Shown here: piece by piece, positions 44,109 through 56,096 of the stretch
Position numbering within the stretch: position 1 is the first letter of the stretch
How the letters are laid out: the number at the start of each line of letters is the position of its first letter
DNA from: Methanocaldococcus indicus
GTDB taxonomy: Archaea > AGJL01 > Methanococci > Methanococcales > Methanocaldococcaceae
DNA: 64,000 bases
Direction: 5' to 3'
Assembly (NCBI RefSeq): GCF_049554935.1
Contig: NZ_CP186926.1
Span: 192,001-256,000 of the forward strand
Notes under the pieces: generated by a model
The model's database searches: none
What the model was told of the DNA's origin: nothing
Seen by the model: only the letters and a program-made list of their open reading frames with translations
Program-made: the position numbers and the translations under genes

Positions 44109-45209
44109 TTATTTTCTAACAATAGTTATTGCTCTTTCTGCACATGCAACACAGGGGTCTAAACTTATAAAAGTAGCAACTGCATCAGCAACTGTTGGGC
44201 AAGTTTTTAGCATATATTTATATGCTTCAAAGTTCATAATAGAAGGTGTTCTTATCATAATTCTTTTTATTATTCCATTATCTGATAACTCCATTTTATA
44301 GACAACCTCTCCTCTTGGGGCTTCATTTCTTTTTTCTCCATCTCCTCCTTTTATATGACATTTTTCTCTTACATTACCTCCACATTCCTCATAAAGTTCT
44401 AAACATTCTCTAATTATGTCAACACTTACTTTAATTTCATCAAATCTGACCATACATCTTGCAAAATTATCCCCTTCCTCTCTCCAAACAGGTTTAAAAC
44501 TTTTCAATTCTTTATATGTTGAATGCCTCAATCTCCAATCACTTTCAGGAAGTGCAGAAGCTCTTGCCATTGGTCCAGTTACTCTTGTCCTCATAATCTC
44601 TTTATAATCTAAAACCCCTATTCCCTTACTTCTTAAACCTACTAATGGAGCTGTTTCAAAAGCATTTATTAGATTTTTAATTTCTTCTTCAAAAATATCT
44701 AATGTCTTATAAATTTTGTCCATATATTCTTTATTTATATCTCTCCTAACTCCTCCAACAACATTGTAACTCATATTTATTCTATTCCCAGTTATCATTT
44801 CCATTAAATCCATAATTTTCTCTCTAACATTCAATAACCACAATCCCAAAGTTTCATGTTCAATAGATAGGCAATAAACAGAATTTATTAAAAGATGACT
44901 ATGAATTCTTTCCAATTCAGATGAAATAACTCTTAAATATTTAGCTTTTTCTGGAATCTCAATTTTAGATATTTTTTCAACACATTCAACAAATGTCATA
45001 GTATGTATAAATGAACAGATTCCACATACTCTCTCAGCTAAATGCACACATTTATGAACATGCTTACCTTCCATAATTTTCTCTATTCCTCTATGAACAT
45101 ATCCCATTTCTATTTCAGCATCTACTGGTTTTTCTCCTTCTAATACTAATTTTAATCTAATTGGCTCTTTTAAAATTGGATGTATAGGACCAATAGGAAC
45201 AGTAGTCAT
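44109..45209 (-). CDS. ehaO: Energy-converting hydrogenase A large [NiFe] subunit
   Basis: GPIHP, RVCGIC, DPCVAC. Confidence 0.93.
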   Translation of the reverse strand: MTTVPIGPIHPILKEPIRLKLVLEGEKPVDAEIEMGYVHRGIEKIMEGKHVHKCVHLAERVCGICSFIHTMTFVECVEKISKIEIPEKAKYLRVISSELERIHSHLLINSVYCLSIEHETLGLWLLNVREKIMDLMEMITGNRINMSYNVVGGVRRDINKEYMDKIYKTLDIFEEEIKNLINAFETAPLVGLRSKGIGVLDYKEIMRTRVTGPMARASALPESDWRLRHSTYKELKSFKPVWREEGDNFARCMVRFDEIKVSVDIIRECLELYEECGGNVREKCHIKGGDGEKRNEAPRGEVVYKMELSDNGIIKRIMIRTPSIMNFEAYKYMLKTCPTVADAVATFISLDPCVACAERAITIVRK

Positions 45210-45640
45210 TTTTTCATCCTTTTTTCTTTTTCAGCCAATAATTTAGCTGCTTTTAAAATTCCTTCTATTATTTCAGAAGGTCTTGGAGGACATCCTGGGA
45301 CTTTTGCATCAACTGGGATAATCTTCTCTATTCCACCTAAAACATGTCCTTCTTTAAATATTCCACCACTCAATGCACATGCTCCAACAGCTACAACAAC
45401 CTTTGGCTCTGGAACTTTTTCATAAAGTTCTTTAACTCTCTCAATCCATGGAAGTGTTGTAGGTCCAGTAATAACTAAAATATCTGCTTCTCTTGGATTA
45501 TTATGAACATAAATTCCATACTGTTCAATATCATACCTTGGAGATAGACAGGAAAGTATTTCAACATCACAACCATTACATCCTCCTGTATTGACAATAC
45601 ATAAATGAATACTCCTTTTTCTAACAAACTCCTTAATCAT
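45206..45640 (-). CDS. ehaN: Eha small subunit
   Basis: CNGCDVE, GACA, PGCPPRP. Confidence 0.93.
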   Translation of the reverse strand: MIKEFVRKRSIHLCIVNTGGCNGCDVEILSCLSPRYDIEQYGIYVHNNPREADILVITGPTTLPWIERVKELYEKVPEPKVVVAVGACALSGGIFKEGHVLGGIEKIIPVDAKVPGCPPRPSEIIEGILKAAKLLAEKEKRMKK

Positions 45641-46059
45641 TTTCTATCCTCATATATCTTTTTTAGTAAAATTTCTTTTCCTTTTTTAAGAGCTTCTTTA
45701 TAAGGCATATTTCTTAAAACTACAAGTTCAACAACATACTTCCTTATCTCATCTGCATCTCTCTTACTTATTAATCTAAAAAAATCAGTTAGCCAACATA
45801 ACCCTAAATCAATATCTACCTTTCTACCTAAACATGCCATCCTTGCCTGTTCTGCATAAGCATCTAATTCATATACTGTTGCAAAGTCATGCTTATTTAA
45901 AAATAAACTTATAACTTCATCTACATCCAAATCTAACTTTTTTGCTATTGGAATAAATACAGTGTCCATAAGAAATCTGTTATCTCTAACTATGTTTATT
46001 TTTTGTTTAAAACTGTCTTCTAAATATTTTTTATCTATATCTTTAATATCCATATACAA
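45637..46059 (-). CDS. ehaM: Eha subunit M
   Basis: [18 protein letters not shown]; operon order. Confidence 0.85.
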   Translation of the reverse strand: MYMDIKDIDKKYLEDSFKQKINIVRDNRFLMDTVFIPIAKKLDLDVDEVISLFLNKHDFATVYELDAYAEQARMACLGRKVDIDLGLCWLTDFFRLISKRDADEIRKYVVELVVLRNMPYKEALKKGKEILLKKIYEDRK

Positions 46060-46336
46060 CCACCCTAATTATCAAAAATAAAATTATTCCAACTAAAAAC
46101 TCAATTCTACCGTATCCTGACCTCATTCCTAATGGAAATCCAATAAAAAAAGCTCCAATGTAAAATAAAGGAGTATTTAATAATATAGCTCCTAAGATTG
46201 AGGATAATAGAGCATATTTATCAATATTTTTTATGTTGTATGGTGGAAATTTATAGCTATACTCTAATCCAAAAAAATTACCTAAAACAAATAAAATTAA
46301 TGTAATATTTGCAATAAGTAAGTCCATACTAACCAC
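46043..46336 (-). CDS. ehaL: Eha subunit L
   Basis: GLEYSY, GMRxGYGR.E. Confidence 0.85.
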   Translation of the reverse strand: MVSMDLLIANITLILFVLGNFFGLEYSYKFPPYNIKNIDKYALLSSILGAILLNTPLFYIGAFFIGFPLGMRSGYGRIEFLVGIILFLIIRVVVYGY

Positions 46337-46338
46337 CT

Positions 46339-46584
46339 TTAACTTGGAATAAATAACCTATATAAAGAATAGGAAAATATCAACATAACAATAAACATAC
46401 AAACTGCTTCTAATTTTTTGTATTTACTTGCAAAAGTTTTATAATTTAGTAGATAAGCTAAAATAAACAAAATTATCATTGATAATAATGCTGGAATAAC
46501 TGATAATTGAAAAATATTTACTAAGATTGTATAGAGTATGGCTAAAATGCAAATAATCAATAAATAGTTAATATATTCTTTCAT
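46339..46584 (-). CDS. ehaK: Eha subunit K (start 46584, overlapping the ehaJ stop)
   Basis: Small hydrophobic protein from MKEYINY; TAATG coupling; operon order. Confidence 0.75.
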   Translation of the reverse strand: MKEYINYLLIICILAILYTILVNIFQLSVIPALLSMIILFILAYLLNYKTFASKYKKLEAVCMFIVMLIFSYSLYRLFIPS

Positions 46585-47447
46585 TAAATCACCCTGTATA
46601 GTAAATCTAATAGGACTATTAAAGCAATGGTTATTTGCAACATAACTGAATGATGAGGAGCCAATAAAGGAGTTAATCCATTGATTATAGCAATAATTAT
46701 AGTTAATACTACCATTATTGGAAGAGCTAAAAATATATTTCCTATTCCCAAAAATACTGCTATAAATATCCATAACAATACAAAATAAGCAATTGCATCA
46801 GCTATGTAAATTAAACTTGCCAATAAACCAAAATGTTCAGTCATATATCCTGAAACAATATCTTTTCCTTTAACTATTCTAAATGGACTATTTGGTGCTT
46901 TTGACACTAACAAAATAAAGAATGCAAATGCAGCTATTGGTAGTTTTAATATTAAAGGTCCATAAATTTGTTGGTAATTTATAATATCTGATATTATAAC
47001 CGAATTTGTTAGGATATAAACAATAGCTACAACTGAGAATAAAGGAATCTCTGCTGCTGCTGAGAAAACACTTCTAACTCCTCCTAATTTTCCATAAGGT
47101 GAGCCAGATGATAAACCACAACCATGCTCAACAATCTTTTGTAAGACATATAAACCTATCAAAATCAGTAGAGAAGATTTTAACTCAACAGCTAATATTA
47201 AAGCAGATAACCAAACCATTACATCCAAAAATACAACAAATAAATAGAGCAAAGTAGCAGCTGTTATGGGAATAGTTATCTCTTTAAAGTAAAATTTTAG
47301 TGTATGGATTAAATACTGTATTATTGGTGGTCCTGGTCTAAGCTGAATCTTAGCCAAAATCTTTCTATGCAACCCTAACAATAAAGAACCTACAAGAAAT
47401 GCATAAATTGTTAAATTTATTGTATAAAGAATATCCATAATCAACAC
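46584..47447 (-). CDS. ehaJ: Eha subunit J (complex I NuoH-like)
   Basis: RKILAKIQLRPGPP, SGSPYGKLGGVR. Confidence 0.9.
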   Translation of the reverse strand: MLIMDILYTINLTIYAFLVGSLLLGLHRKILAKIQLRPGPPIIQYLIHTLKFYFKEITIPITAATLLYLFVVFLDVMVWLSALILAVELKSSLLILIGLYVLQKIVEHGCGLSSGSPYGKLGGVRSVFSAAAEIPLFSVVAIVYILTNSVIISDIINYQQIYGPLILKLPIAAFAFFILLVSKAPNSPFRIVKGKDIVSGYMTEHFGLLASLIYIADAIAYFVLLWIFIAVFLGIGNIFLALPIMVVLTIIIAIINGLTPLLAPHHSVMLQITIALIVLLDLLYRVI

Positions 47448-47648
47448 CTAAAATCCTCTAAATGGTAATTTTCCAACATCTTTTCTTCTTGTTTTAGGAA
47501 TTAAAAAACTACCTATTCCATACAGTAGATTTGGCACACCAACAACATAAAATATATATCCCATCAACCCATCTACTACAAAAATTAAAATAAAACATAA
47601 AATTCCAATAATTAAACAACTTAATCCTATCTTTCTCTCTAAATCCAT
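47448..47648 (-). CDS. ehaI: Eha subunit I
   Basis: Two TMs, GKLPFRG end; operon order. Confidence 0.75.
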   Translation of the reverse strand: MDLERKIGLSCLIIGILCFILIFVVDGLMGYIFYVVGVPNLLYGIGSFLIPKTRRKDVGKLPFRGF

Positions 47649-47658
47649 AACTATCCCT

Positions 47659-48312
47659 TTAAATTTTTAATAAAATTTCAACTGTCTTAACTATAATTAA
47701 TAGGGAGGATAGATGTATCATTAATATATATGGAGAACCTGGAGCCCTAAACATCTCTGCCTTAGCAGCATAGTAAGGAGCTACTCCTGTCTCTCCTGCC
47801 ATTCCTAATCCATAAAGTATTTTTTCAAAAAATATATTTGACTTCATTTTTTCCAATTCTAAAATTGATAGTGTTCCTGTCTTAGCTAATATTAATGCTG
47901 CTGCTCCAAATAATGGAAGAGTGGCTATTATAGAAGTTAAACCATACTGAAAAGCTGCATTTAAGACATGCTCCCTCTTAACAGCTGAAACTATCCCTAT
48001 ATTTGCAATTCCTACCAAAGTTAAAAATAATGCAAAGTCAAATAAATCATAAGTGAGCATAGCTCCAGCAGTAGCTAATCCACAAACAATAGCCATAAAT
48101 CTTCTATTTCTTAGTTCATTAATATCAATGTCTATTAAAACATCTCCACTGAACTTTTTTGCTTCCAACTGTTTTTCTGGTTTTGTTAAATAAACCAATA
48201 GAGTGAATATTAAAGCTATAATAAATCCAATGGTTGAGAATTCAGAAAATTTAAATATTATATCTCCAAATGGCACAATTCCATAAATATAGCCTGATAT
48301 TGTATCTATCAT
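47659..48312 (-). CDS. ehaH: Eha subunit H (antiporter-like)
   Basis: [22 protein letters not shown]. Confidence 0.85.
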   Translation of the reverse strand: MIDTISGYIYGIVPFGDIIFKFSEFSTIGFIIALIFTLLVYLTKPEKQLEAKKFSGDVLIDIDINELRNRRFMAIVCGLATAGAMLTYDLFDFALFLTLVGIANIGIVSAVKREHVLNAAFQYGLTSIIATLPLFGAAALILAKTGTLSILELEKMKSNIFFEKILYGLGMAGETGVAPYYAAKAEMFRAPGSPYILMIHLSSLLIIVKTVEILLKI

Positions 48313-48917
48313 TCTGCCATCCCCAATAAACCAAGTTTTGAGCAAACTTTAATAACCAATCCTAATCCAGAAAATAGCAAAAATACTAACCAATATTTTG
48401 GAAAGAGAAAGAAACCTAAAAATCCAACAATCCACAAACACCAAGCTATCCCAGAATATCCACAAATTCCAACCCATCTGACTCTTTCAATGATATTCTC
48501 TCCCAATACTCTTTTAGCAAAGAAGTAATACAATAATCCAGTAGAAATAACTGCCCCACCAGTGAATCCTGTTAATATTGCTCCATAAACTACCAAAATT
48601 ATAGCTATAAATGTTGGAGATGTTTTTAAAATCTCTAATTCAAAATTTATTTTAAAATCTTCTAATTTTTTTCCTCTAACTTTTTCTCTAACTATTAAAA
48701 CCTCTGAAATAGCTAAAAGTTCTGCCATACTAACAACTAATCCTGGCAAAATTAAAGCTTCTGCTAAATCTGTTCCTAATGCAGCTATAATAACTAAGAG
48801 AGAGCACTCTACTAAATCAGTTAATATCAATGCATGTAAATTATTTTTTTGGAATCCTATTGCCAATAAAGATAAAATTCCAACAATAAAGCCAACTGCA
48901 ACAACTAAGCTATACAT
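48309..48917 (-). CDS. ehaG: Eha subunit G
   Basis: [15 protein letters not shown]. Confidence 0.85.
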   Translation of the reverse strand: MYSLVVAVGFIVGILSLLAIGFQKNNLHALILTDLVECSLLVIIAALGTDLAEALILPGLVVSMAELLAISEVLIVREKVRGKKLEDFKINFELEILKTSPTFIAIILVVYGAILTGFTGGAVISTGLLYYFFAKRVLGENIIERVRWVGICGYSGIAWCLWIVGFLGFFLFPKYWLVFLLFSGLGLVIKVCSKLGLLGMAE

Positions 48918-48919
48918 CT

Positions 48920-49381
48920 TTAATCCCTCTCTCTATTCCAGAATAACCAAGTAAATATAACAAATGAAACCAACAGTATTGAACTCTCTAAAACTGTATC
49001 CATTCCTCTTGTATAATAGAGAATTTCATCAATAATTCCTCCAGGAGTTGAGACAATAGTTGTTCCAAAGTATAGAGTTTTATCTTTAATAAATTCTGCC
49101 ACTGGTGTCAAATAGGCAGTTATTAATCCCAAATCTGGAAGATATTGAGGATATTGTGCCTTTACATTTGCTCTCTCTTTAAATGGAATTCCTCCTCTAT
49201 CATAAGGAGCTAATGGAGTTTTTAATGTTTGTGAGTGATATGCAGGTTTAGGATAAAGCTGATTTTCAATTTTATAGTGAGGAATAAACAAACCAAAAAT
49301 AAATATAATTGCCAATGTTAAGGCAAACAATCTTGGAACAATTTCAGGTTTTGATAAAAGATTCCAAATCTTACCTATCAT
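48920..49381 (-). CDS. ehaF: Eha subunit F
   Basis: [20 protein letters not shown]. Confidence 0.85.
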   Translation of the reverse strand: MIGKIWNLLSKPEIVPRLFALTLAIIFIFGLFIPHYKIENQLYPKPAYHSQTLKTPLAPYDRGGIPFKERANVKAQYPQYLPDLGLITAYLTPVAEFIKDKTLYFGTTIVSTPGGIIDEILYYTRGMDTVLESSILLVSFVIFTWLFWNRERD

Positions 49382-49625
49382 ACTTACCCTCTAACTTTAT
49401 TATTGTTCTAACTAAAACTAATGTTAAAGCAGCAGTAACTCCAATATATGTCATTAGAGCTATTGTCTCATCATAAGATAGAAAGATAAGCATAACTCCA
49501 AAAGCTGCAACCTCTATATTCAACAATCTAATAACTGGATTCTCTACTTTAGGTCCAAATATCCCTCCAAAAGTTCCAATAATCAATAAGAACAATCCTA
49601 AATAAACAGTATAAATATAGTCCAT
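49371..49625 (-). CDS. ehaE: Eha subunit E
   Basis: RLLNIEV, YDETIAL. Confidence 0.82.
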   Translation of the reverse strand: MDYIYTVYLGLFLLIIGTFGGIFGPKVENPVIRLLNIEVAAFGVMLIFLSYDETIALMTYIGVTAALTLVLVRTIIKLEGKYDR

Positions 49626-49907
49626 CTAACCACCCAAAATTGGGAACTCTTTCTTTTTTACTTTCTTTTTTTCTTTGTTTATCTCCAAATATTTAACATA
49701 TCCAACAAGGATTATTATGTTGGTTATTGGAGAGACAATAGTTAATAATATTGCTACATCCAAATAATAAAAATATGCAATAAATCCAATAATTCCAGTT
49801 TCCATCAAAGATAACATAATTAATTTGTTTATAGGATTTGTATGAAGTATAGTTCCAATACCTCCAAAAATACAGCATAAAGCTGAAACTATAAACAAAA
49901 TATCCAA
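49626..49907 (-). CDS. ehaD: Eha subunit D
   Basis: NKLIML, YLDVA; TTG start. Confidence 0.82.
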   Translation of the reverse strand: MDILFIVSALCCIFGGIGTILHTNPINKLIMLSLMETGIIGFIAYFYYLDVAILLTIVSPITNIIILVGYVKYLEINKEKKKVKKKEFPILGG

Positions 49908-49915
49908 AATTCCAC

Positions 49916-50155
49916 CTATTCTAAATCTTTAATTTTCTCCAATGTGCTTGCTATTGCATTAGATGAGAGTGTTGAGAATACAAAGTATGATATTGAGAGA
50001 ATTCCACCCATTGGACTATTTATATATAAAGCAATTAAAGCAGCAAAAGCAAAATTTAGGCAACATAGATAAACTAATTTTCTGGCTCTACTTCTTTGTA
50101 AAAATATTCTAAGAATCATTAACAATACAACAAAACCTAAAATTTCTGTAATCAT
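49916..50155 (-). CDS. ehaC: Eha subunit C
   Basis: [17 protein letters not shown]. Confidence 0.82.
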   Translation of the reverse strand: MITEILGFVVLLMILRIFLQRSRARKLVYLCCLNFAFAALIALYINSPMGGILSISYFVFSTLSSNAIASTLEKIKDLE

Positions 50156-50637
50156 GCTCTCTCCTTATATAATCTATAAATTTTTCCTAACAATTTTGAG
50201 GCAAATCTATGCTCTAATCCTTGTATGGTTAATATAGCCAAAACCATTCCAACAATAAAATATTTTGGATTTATAAAAGGAGAAAGTAGATAAATTATAA
50301 GTGTTATTGATAAAGCTCCAATAGTTCCTGCATATCCACTATCAGCACATAACCTATTCCCTATCCATACGAAAAAACTTGCTAATAATCCTCCATCTAC
50401 TCCCATAAGATAGTACATTATGGAAGATAGCAAAGTTCCAGCTGAGGCATCAGGAGAGCATACAATATTTCCCATGAAATATCCTCCATTTAAATCTCCA
50501 CCTATGAATTTAATTTTTTCACCAATATGTTTAGCTCCCAACACACCTGGTTTTTCAGGTAAGCCAAAAATTGTATCTATAATAACAAAGTTTAACCAAC
50601 ACAATACAAAACATATAAGAATGTAAAAGATTTCCAT
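50152..50637 (-). CDS. ehaB: Eha subunit B
   Basis: [20 protein letters not shown]. Confidence 0.85.
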   Translation of the reverse strand: MEIFYILICFVLCWLNFVIIDTIFGLPEKPGVLGAKHIGEKIKFIGGDLNGGYFMGNIVCSPDASAGTLLSSIMYYLMGVDGGLLASFFVWIGNRLCADSGYAGTIGALSITLIIYLLSPFINPKYFIVGMVLAILTIQGLEHRFASKLLGKIYRLYKERA

Positions 50638-50886
50638 TTATGGCTCACCAAATATTTTATCAGCATAGAAAGAAAATAAAAATCCTAAGATTCCAGATAT
50701 AACAGATATATAGATATTATCAAAAAAAAGATGCTTTAAAATGACATAAAATCCTAATGCCAAAATTGGAGTAGGAAATACAACTGTTGTTTTAAAACTA
50801 AATTTATCCTTAGGTAGGATAGGCATTCTAAATATAAGAGCTAATACAACAGAGATAACAACAGATATTATATAGTTAATCATCAA
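50638..50886 (-). CDS. ehaA: Eha subunit A
   Basis: VFPTPILALG; first membrane gene of the operon. Confidence 0.8.
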   Translation of the reverse strand: MMINYIISVVISVVLALIFRMPILPKDKFSFKTTVVFPTPILALGFYVILKHLFFDNIYISVISGILGFLFSFYADKIFGEP

Positions 50887-50887
50887 C

Positions 50888-51529
50888 TCACCAGCAATGA
50901 ACTATTATACAGTTATCTTCAATGTTGTAGATAGGTGGAACTTCTCCTTTTGGGAATACTTGAATAATTATTTTTTTATTGTATTTTTCATAGAACTTTT
51001 TTTCTAACCTTCTAATATCTGAGCAATCTAATTCAATAATAACATCTTTGTTATCTTCTATATACTTTCCATAAGCTACAATCTTTCCTCTTGATAATAC
51101 AATATCAATAATCTCAATAACTTTCAATTTATTTCTCATCTCTCTTAGTAAATTATTCTTATCTAATATTATATAAGAATGCCCATTTATATATCTCAAA
51201 AATGTTCTATTTTCCTCTAATATAATATTGTTTATTAGTTCTATAAGGTTATCCTCAAATTTCAGTAATGATAATGTATCTAACAACTCATACACAGGAT
51301 TTTTTATATTTCTTTCTGAAAAACATTTCAATAGTCCATAGGTTATAGCTGCTGCTATTAACTTAGTGGGCTTTCTTTTACCTTTTTCTAACATACTTAA
51401 ATGAGATTGGCTTATCCCACTCTCCTTAGCCAACTTTGATTGAGTTATCTTTAATCTCTCTCTAAATATTTGGATATACATTGGATTTAACAATATAGCT
51501 CTCTCAATTATCTCCAACTTATCATACAT
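50888..51529 (-). CDS. XRE-family HTH regulator heading the eha operon
   Basis: [24 protein letters not shown]. Confidence 0.88.
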   Translation of the reverse strand: MYDKLEIIERAILLNPMYIQIFRERLKITQSKLAKESGISQSHLSMLEKGKRKPTKLIAAAITYGLLKCFSERNIKNPVYELLDTLSLLKFEDNLIELINNIILEENRTFLRYINGHSYIILDKNNLLREMRNKLKVIEIIDIVLSRGKIVAYGKYIEDNKDVIIELDCSDIRRLEKKFYEKYNKKIIIQVFPKGEVPPIYNIEDNCIIVHCW

Positions 51530-51743
51530 AAATTATCACAATAGAATAATATTATAACTGTGTTATAATATAAATAAGTAAGTTATAAAATTTTTTGAAT
51601 GTTGGTATTAATAAATTAGATAACCACGAAATCTTAATTATTTAAATATTTGAATAAATAAAAAATATTATTTTCTATTATTTTTTATTACAATTTTTGA
51701 ATTAAACATGTCTTTAATATTAATTAAGTTACTGACAGTGTGA

Positions 51744-52793
51744 TTACAATAATCCATTCTTTATTAGTTCTTTACTACACTCTTTAATGACTTTATAGAA
51801 CGATATTCCATTTTTGTAGCTTAAATATTCGATACAATTAAATAACATTCCCATTAATCTAACGAATCCTATATTACTCTTTTCTGAGGACAAATAATTT
51901 TCTTCAACCTCCAAAATCGACTTATCTCTTCTATGCTTCTCTTCTATTTTACATCTTTTTAAATATTCGTTTATAATATTCTCAGCTTTCTTTTTATAGT
52001 TTGTCGAGACTAAATACTTAATCTTTTTCTTTTCTTCCATTAACACTGCAACGATTTTAACTTTTCCAACATTGGGAATATTAACTACTTTCTCGGATAT
52101 TCTGAACTTTTTTCCGTTAATAGTCCTTAATTTAGTTTTATTTTTGTTGAAGTCCATTTTAAACATATTTTCTATTTTAACTTCTTTACCAAAAACCTCA
52201 ATTTTTATGTTTTTTCTGATTCTACCAATATAATCGACTCCCAATTCTTTACATCTCCTTAAAATTTTCTTTATTGTTACAGAACCATCACCAACGACTG
52301 TCCCCTTAATAATTTTAGATATTGATTCGATAATTCTTAAATATATATCAGTTGATTTAATATTTTTTGGTTTTATTTAAACAATCCTTTTTTTATTAAA
52401 AATACTGCAGTTTATTTGTTCTTGATATAATTTTTTATGATTTTCTACGTAGTTATATTTAATAGAACTACCAAATACGTTTTTACCATATCTTCTCAAT
52501 AAGGTTGAGTCAATTATTATTGAAAATTTAAATTTACAATAGTTTAAAATGTCAGGAATGTCCAATAGCTGAGTATAAAAGCAATTTTCGATTTTTGATA
52601 ACTTTTGAAGTTTTTTGATTATGGTTGTTCGATGAATTTCTAAAATCTCTTCAGATATTGCTTTAATTGTCTTTATCTCGGTTAAAGTTCTAACCAAGCA
52701 GTAATCTACCAAGTCATCCGAATTGGCTATACCTAAAGTATTTAAACCATTAACGAATAATTCTTTAAGTGTGGTTAGCATGGGGTTTATCAC
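51744..52793 (-). pseudogene. IS4-superfamily (IS701/ISH3-like) DDE transposase broken by one in-frame TAA at 52377-52379
   Basis: The two ORF-track pieces are in frame; IIDST (D), VVGDG (D), Y-x2-R-x3-E-x6-K signature YLKRCKIEEKHRRDK. Confidence 0.82.
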
Positions 52794-53060
52794 CGTTTTT
52801 TGATGAAGTATTTAAAACTATACTATTTTATTTTTTTGGTTTTAAAATCTATAATGAGAATGAGAATTCATACTATCAGTTTTAAAAATTCGTTAAGTAC
52901 TATAACACTATCACCAATATTCAAAATTTTCTTTCTTAATTCGGTATTTCTAACTATTATTATTTCTTTATCTAATTTATCTAAGACCTTTTCAACATTC
53001 AATAACATTAATTATGGTTTATGCAATACTTGAAATTAACTTTTCAATCGTCAGAGAGTG

Positions 53061-53762
53061 GAGAGTGTCAAGTTAAGCTTTTATTAATAATTGATAAAAA
53101 ATAATAAAATATGAAGCTCACGATAGAAGTCTTAAAGGAGAGAATCGAAGAGGAGAAGATTTTTAAAAGGAATAAGAAGTCGATAGAAGTTAAAATCTTA
53201 GCTGGGATTTTGTATTATCTTGGACTATCGTTGAGGAAGGTAAGTTTGTTTCTTTCCCAATTCGAAAGTATAAGCCATGAGTCGGTTAGGACTTATTATC
53301 ACAAGGTTAAAGAGGTTTTAAACGAACCTGAAAGAAAGGAAAGATACGCAATTGCAATCGATGAGACCAAACTAAAGATTGGAAATGAAAATATTTACGT
53401 ATGGTCTGCTATTGATGTTGAATCGAAAGAGTGCTTGGGAGTTTATGTTTCTGAAACAAGAAACTACCTCGATACTATATTATTCGTTAAGAGTATATTA
53501 AAATTTTGCTCTAATAAGCCGAAGATTTTGGTCGATGGTGGAAGATGGTATCCGTGGGCATTGCAAAGATTGGGTTTAGAATTTGAAAGAGTCCGATTCG
53601 GACTGAGAAATTGTGTAGAAAGCTTTTTCTCACTACTCAAACGAAGAACTAAAGCATTTTATAATAGGTTTCCTAATAACAGCAAATTCGATACAGTTGT
53701 TAGCTGGATTAAAAGTTTCATGATGTTTTACAATTGGTTGAAGTCGTTAACTTGACAGTGTC
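53061..53762 (+). mobile_element. IS6-family insertion sequence, 702 bp
   Basis: Terminal IRs GAGAGTGTCAAGTTAA and TTAACTTGACAGTGTC (14/16 match) around the transposase. Confidence 0.9.
53111..53755 (+). CDS. IS6-family transposase
   Basis: [32 protein letters not shown]. Confidence 0.93.
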   Translation: MKLTIEVLKERIEEEKIFKRNKKSIEVKILAGILYYLGLSLRKVSLFLSQFESISHESVRTYYHKVKEVLNEPERKERYAIAIDETKLKIGNENIYVWSAIDVESKECLGVYVSETRNYLDTILFVKSILKFCSNKPKILVDGGRWYPWALQRLGLEFERVRFGLRNCVESFFSLLKRRTKAFYNRFPNNSKFDTVVSWIKSFMMFYNWLKSLT

Positions 53763-53793
53763 ATCGTCATTTTTTAAACCTCTTTTAACCTTT

Positions 53794-54774
53794 TTAAACA
53801 ATATTCTTAAAATACCCTATAGTTCTTTTCAACCCCTCCTCCAACTTAATTTTAGGCTTCCAACCTAAAACTTCCTTAGCCATTGTTATATCCGGTCTTC
53901 TTCTAACGGGGTCATCTTTTGGTAATGGTTTAAATATAATTTTACTTTTACTTTCTGGAATTAACTCTAAAACTTTATGAGCTAATTCTAAAATAGTAAA
54001 TTCTTCTGGATTACCCATATTTAGCACTGGAACAGTATCCCAATTAAATTTATATTTTAATTTATTTTCTAATTCTTCTTCGTCTATTTCCATAAACTTT
54101 AACATCCCTTCAATTAAATCATCAATGTATTGAAAACTTCTTGTTTGTTTTCCGTCTCCATAGACAGTTAATGGTTCATTTTTTAACGCTTGGATTATAA
54201 AATTACTAACAACTCTTCCATCGTTTGGATCCATATAAGGCCCATAAGTATTAAAAATTCTAACTATCCTAATATCTAACCCAAAATTTTTCCAGTATTC
54301 ATAACAGTATGTTTCGGCAACTCTTTTTCCTTCATCATAACATGCTCTCGGACCAATAGGATTAACATTTCCCCAGTAATTCTCTTTCTGTGGATGCTCT
54401 AAGGGATTTCCATAAACTTCTGAAGTTGAAGCATGTAAAACTCTTGCATTATGTTTTTTTGCTAATTCTAAAATGTTAATTATCCCAAAGATGGAAGTAT
54501 TTAACGTGAAAATTGGATTTTTTTGATAATGTGGTGGAGAAGCTGGACAAGCTAAGTTGTAAATTTCATCTATTTCTTCATTAATTGTAATTGGCTTTGT
54601 TATATCATGCTTAATAAACCTAAAATTTGGATTGTCTAAAAATTGTTTTATATTTTCTAATCTCCCAGTATAGTTGTTATCTATACAAATAATTCTATTG
54701 TTATTTTCTAATAATCTTTTTATTAAATTGGTTCCAATAAATCCTGCTCCTCCAGTTACCAATATGGTTTTCAT
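53794..54774 (-). CDS. UDP-glucuronate decarboxylase (UDP-xylose synthase)
   Basis: [40 protein letters not shown]. Confidence 0.9.
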   Translation of the reverse strand: MKTILVTGGAGFIGTNLIKRLLENNNRIICIDNNYTGRLENIKQFLDNPNFRFIKHDITKPITINEEIDEIYNLACPASPPHYQKNPIFTLNTSIFGIINILELAKKHNARVLHASTSEVYGNPLEHPQKENYWGNVNPIGPRACYDEGKRVAETYCYEYWKNFGLDIRIVRIFNTYGPYMDPNDGRVVSNFIIQALKNEPLTVYGDGKQTRSFQYIDDLIEGMLKFMEIDEEELENKLKYKFNWDTVPVLNMGNPEEFTILELAHKVLELIPESKSKIIFKPLPKDDPVRRRPDITMAKEVLGWKPKIKLEEGLKRTIGYFKNIV

Positions 54775-56096
54775 CTACCCACCCCATAATATTTGAATCC
54801 TAATTTTTTAATCTTTTTAACATCCAAAACATTTCTTCCATCAAATACAACTTTTTCTTTAACTAAATTTGCAATTTTTTCCCAATCTTCTTTATTAAAA
54901 TCATACTCAACAGTTATTATTATTCCATCGACATCTTTAACTGTCTCATACAAGTCATCCAACACATACAAATTATAGCCGTAAAATGCCTTTGACTTAT
55001 TCAATTTATACATATTAGTTGTATTTTCTCTTGCTTTTTCCACATAATCAAACCCTTTAACAATTGCTCCACTATCTAAAACCATATCTATCAATTTTAT
55101 AGCCCTACTTTCTCTCAAATCATCAGTATTTGGTTTAAAAGCCAAACCTAAGATAGCAAAGGTCTTTCCATTTAAATTTCCATAGTAATTTTTAATTTTC
55201 TCAAAGAACCATTTTATTTGTTCTTCATTAACTCTATCCGTAGCTTTAATTAATATCGGCTCTATATTATTGTTTTCAAATTGTTTTATTAATGCTTTGA
55301 CATCCTTGGGGAAACAGCTTCCACCATAACCAATTCCAGCATTTAAGAACTTATTACCGATTCTTGGGTCTAATCCCATAGCATAGCTTATGTTTTTTAT
55401 ATCAGCTCCTACTTTATCTGCTAATTTTGCTATCTCATTTATGAATGATATTTTTGTTGCTAAGAATGCATTTGATGCATATTTTATTAACTCTGCTGTT
55501 TCCCAATTTGTTATTACAAATGGAACATTTTTCCCTTCAAAATAATTATAAACTTTTTTCATAATCTCAATTGGCTTTTTCTTATCTAAACTTTCAAATC
55601 CTAAAATTATTCTCTCTGGATTGAAAAAGTCATAAACAGCAATTCCTTCCCTTAAAAATTCAGGATTTGAAACAACATCAACATTATAACCTCTTAAGAG
55701 TTCTTTCACTTTCCTATTTGTTCCTACTGGAACAGTAGATTTTATAACAATAACTTTATAATCTTCTTTATCTATTGTTTCTTTTATTTTTTCAACTGCT
55801 GAAAATAAAAATCTTAAATCAGCATTACCATCTTTATCTTGTGGAGTCCCAACACATAAAAATATAACTTCAGAGTCTTTTATTGGCTCATAAGATGTTG
55901 TAAAAGTTAAATTTTTATTTACATGTTTTTTTAATAGCTCTTCTAATCCTTCTTCATACAAAGGACATTCTCCACTATTTAATGCTTTAACTTTTGATTC
56001 ATCAATATCTATTCCTACAACTTCAAAACCAAACTCTGCTAAACCAACTGCTTGTATTATACCAACATATCCAGTTCCAATAACTGAAATTTTCAT
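54771..56096 (-). CDS. ugd: UDP-glucose 6-dehydrogenase
   Basis: [37 protein letters not shown]. Confidence 0.92.
   Translation of the reverse strand: MKISVIGTGYVGIIQAVGLAEFGFEVVGIDIDESKVKALNSGECPLYEEGLEELLKKHVNKNLTFTTSYEPIKDSEVIFLCVGTPQDKDGNADLRFLFSAVEKIKETIDKEDYKVIVIKSTVPVGTNRKVKELLRGYNVDVVSNPEFLREGIAVYDFFNPERIILGFESLDKKKPIEIMKKVYNYFEGKNVPFVITNWETAELIKYASNAFLATKISFINEIAKLADKVGADIKNISYAMGLDPRIGNKFLNAGIGYGGSCFPKDVKALIKQFENNNIEPILIKATDRVNEEQIKWFFEKIKNYYGNLNGKTFAILGLAFKPNTDDLRESRAIKLIDMVLDSGAIVKGFDYVEKARENTTNMYKLNKSKAFYGYNLYVLDDLYETVKDVDGIIITVEYDFNKEDWEKIANLVKEKVVFDGRNVLDVKKIKKLGFKYYGVGR

Noticed and set aside
46585-46773. N-terminal extension of the 144-aa ORF 46339-46773
   Set aside because: Overlaps ehaJ in another frame; GGTGAT and TAATG coupling point to a start at 46584
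52800-53033. 77-aa plus-strand ORF between the transposases
   Set aside because: Low-complexity composition, no SD, antisense to a more protein-like short ORF
51732-53054. CTGAC...GTCAG as terminal inverted repeats of the IS4-like element
   Set aside because: Only 5 bp match and no flanking target duplication
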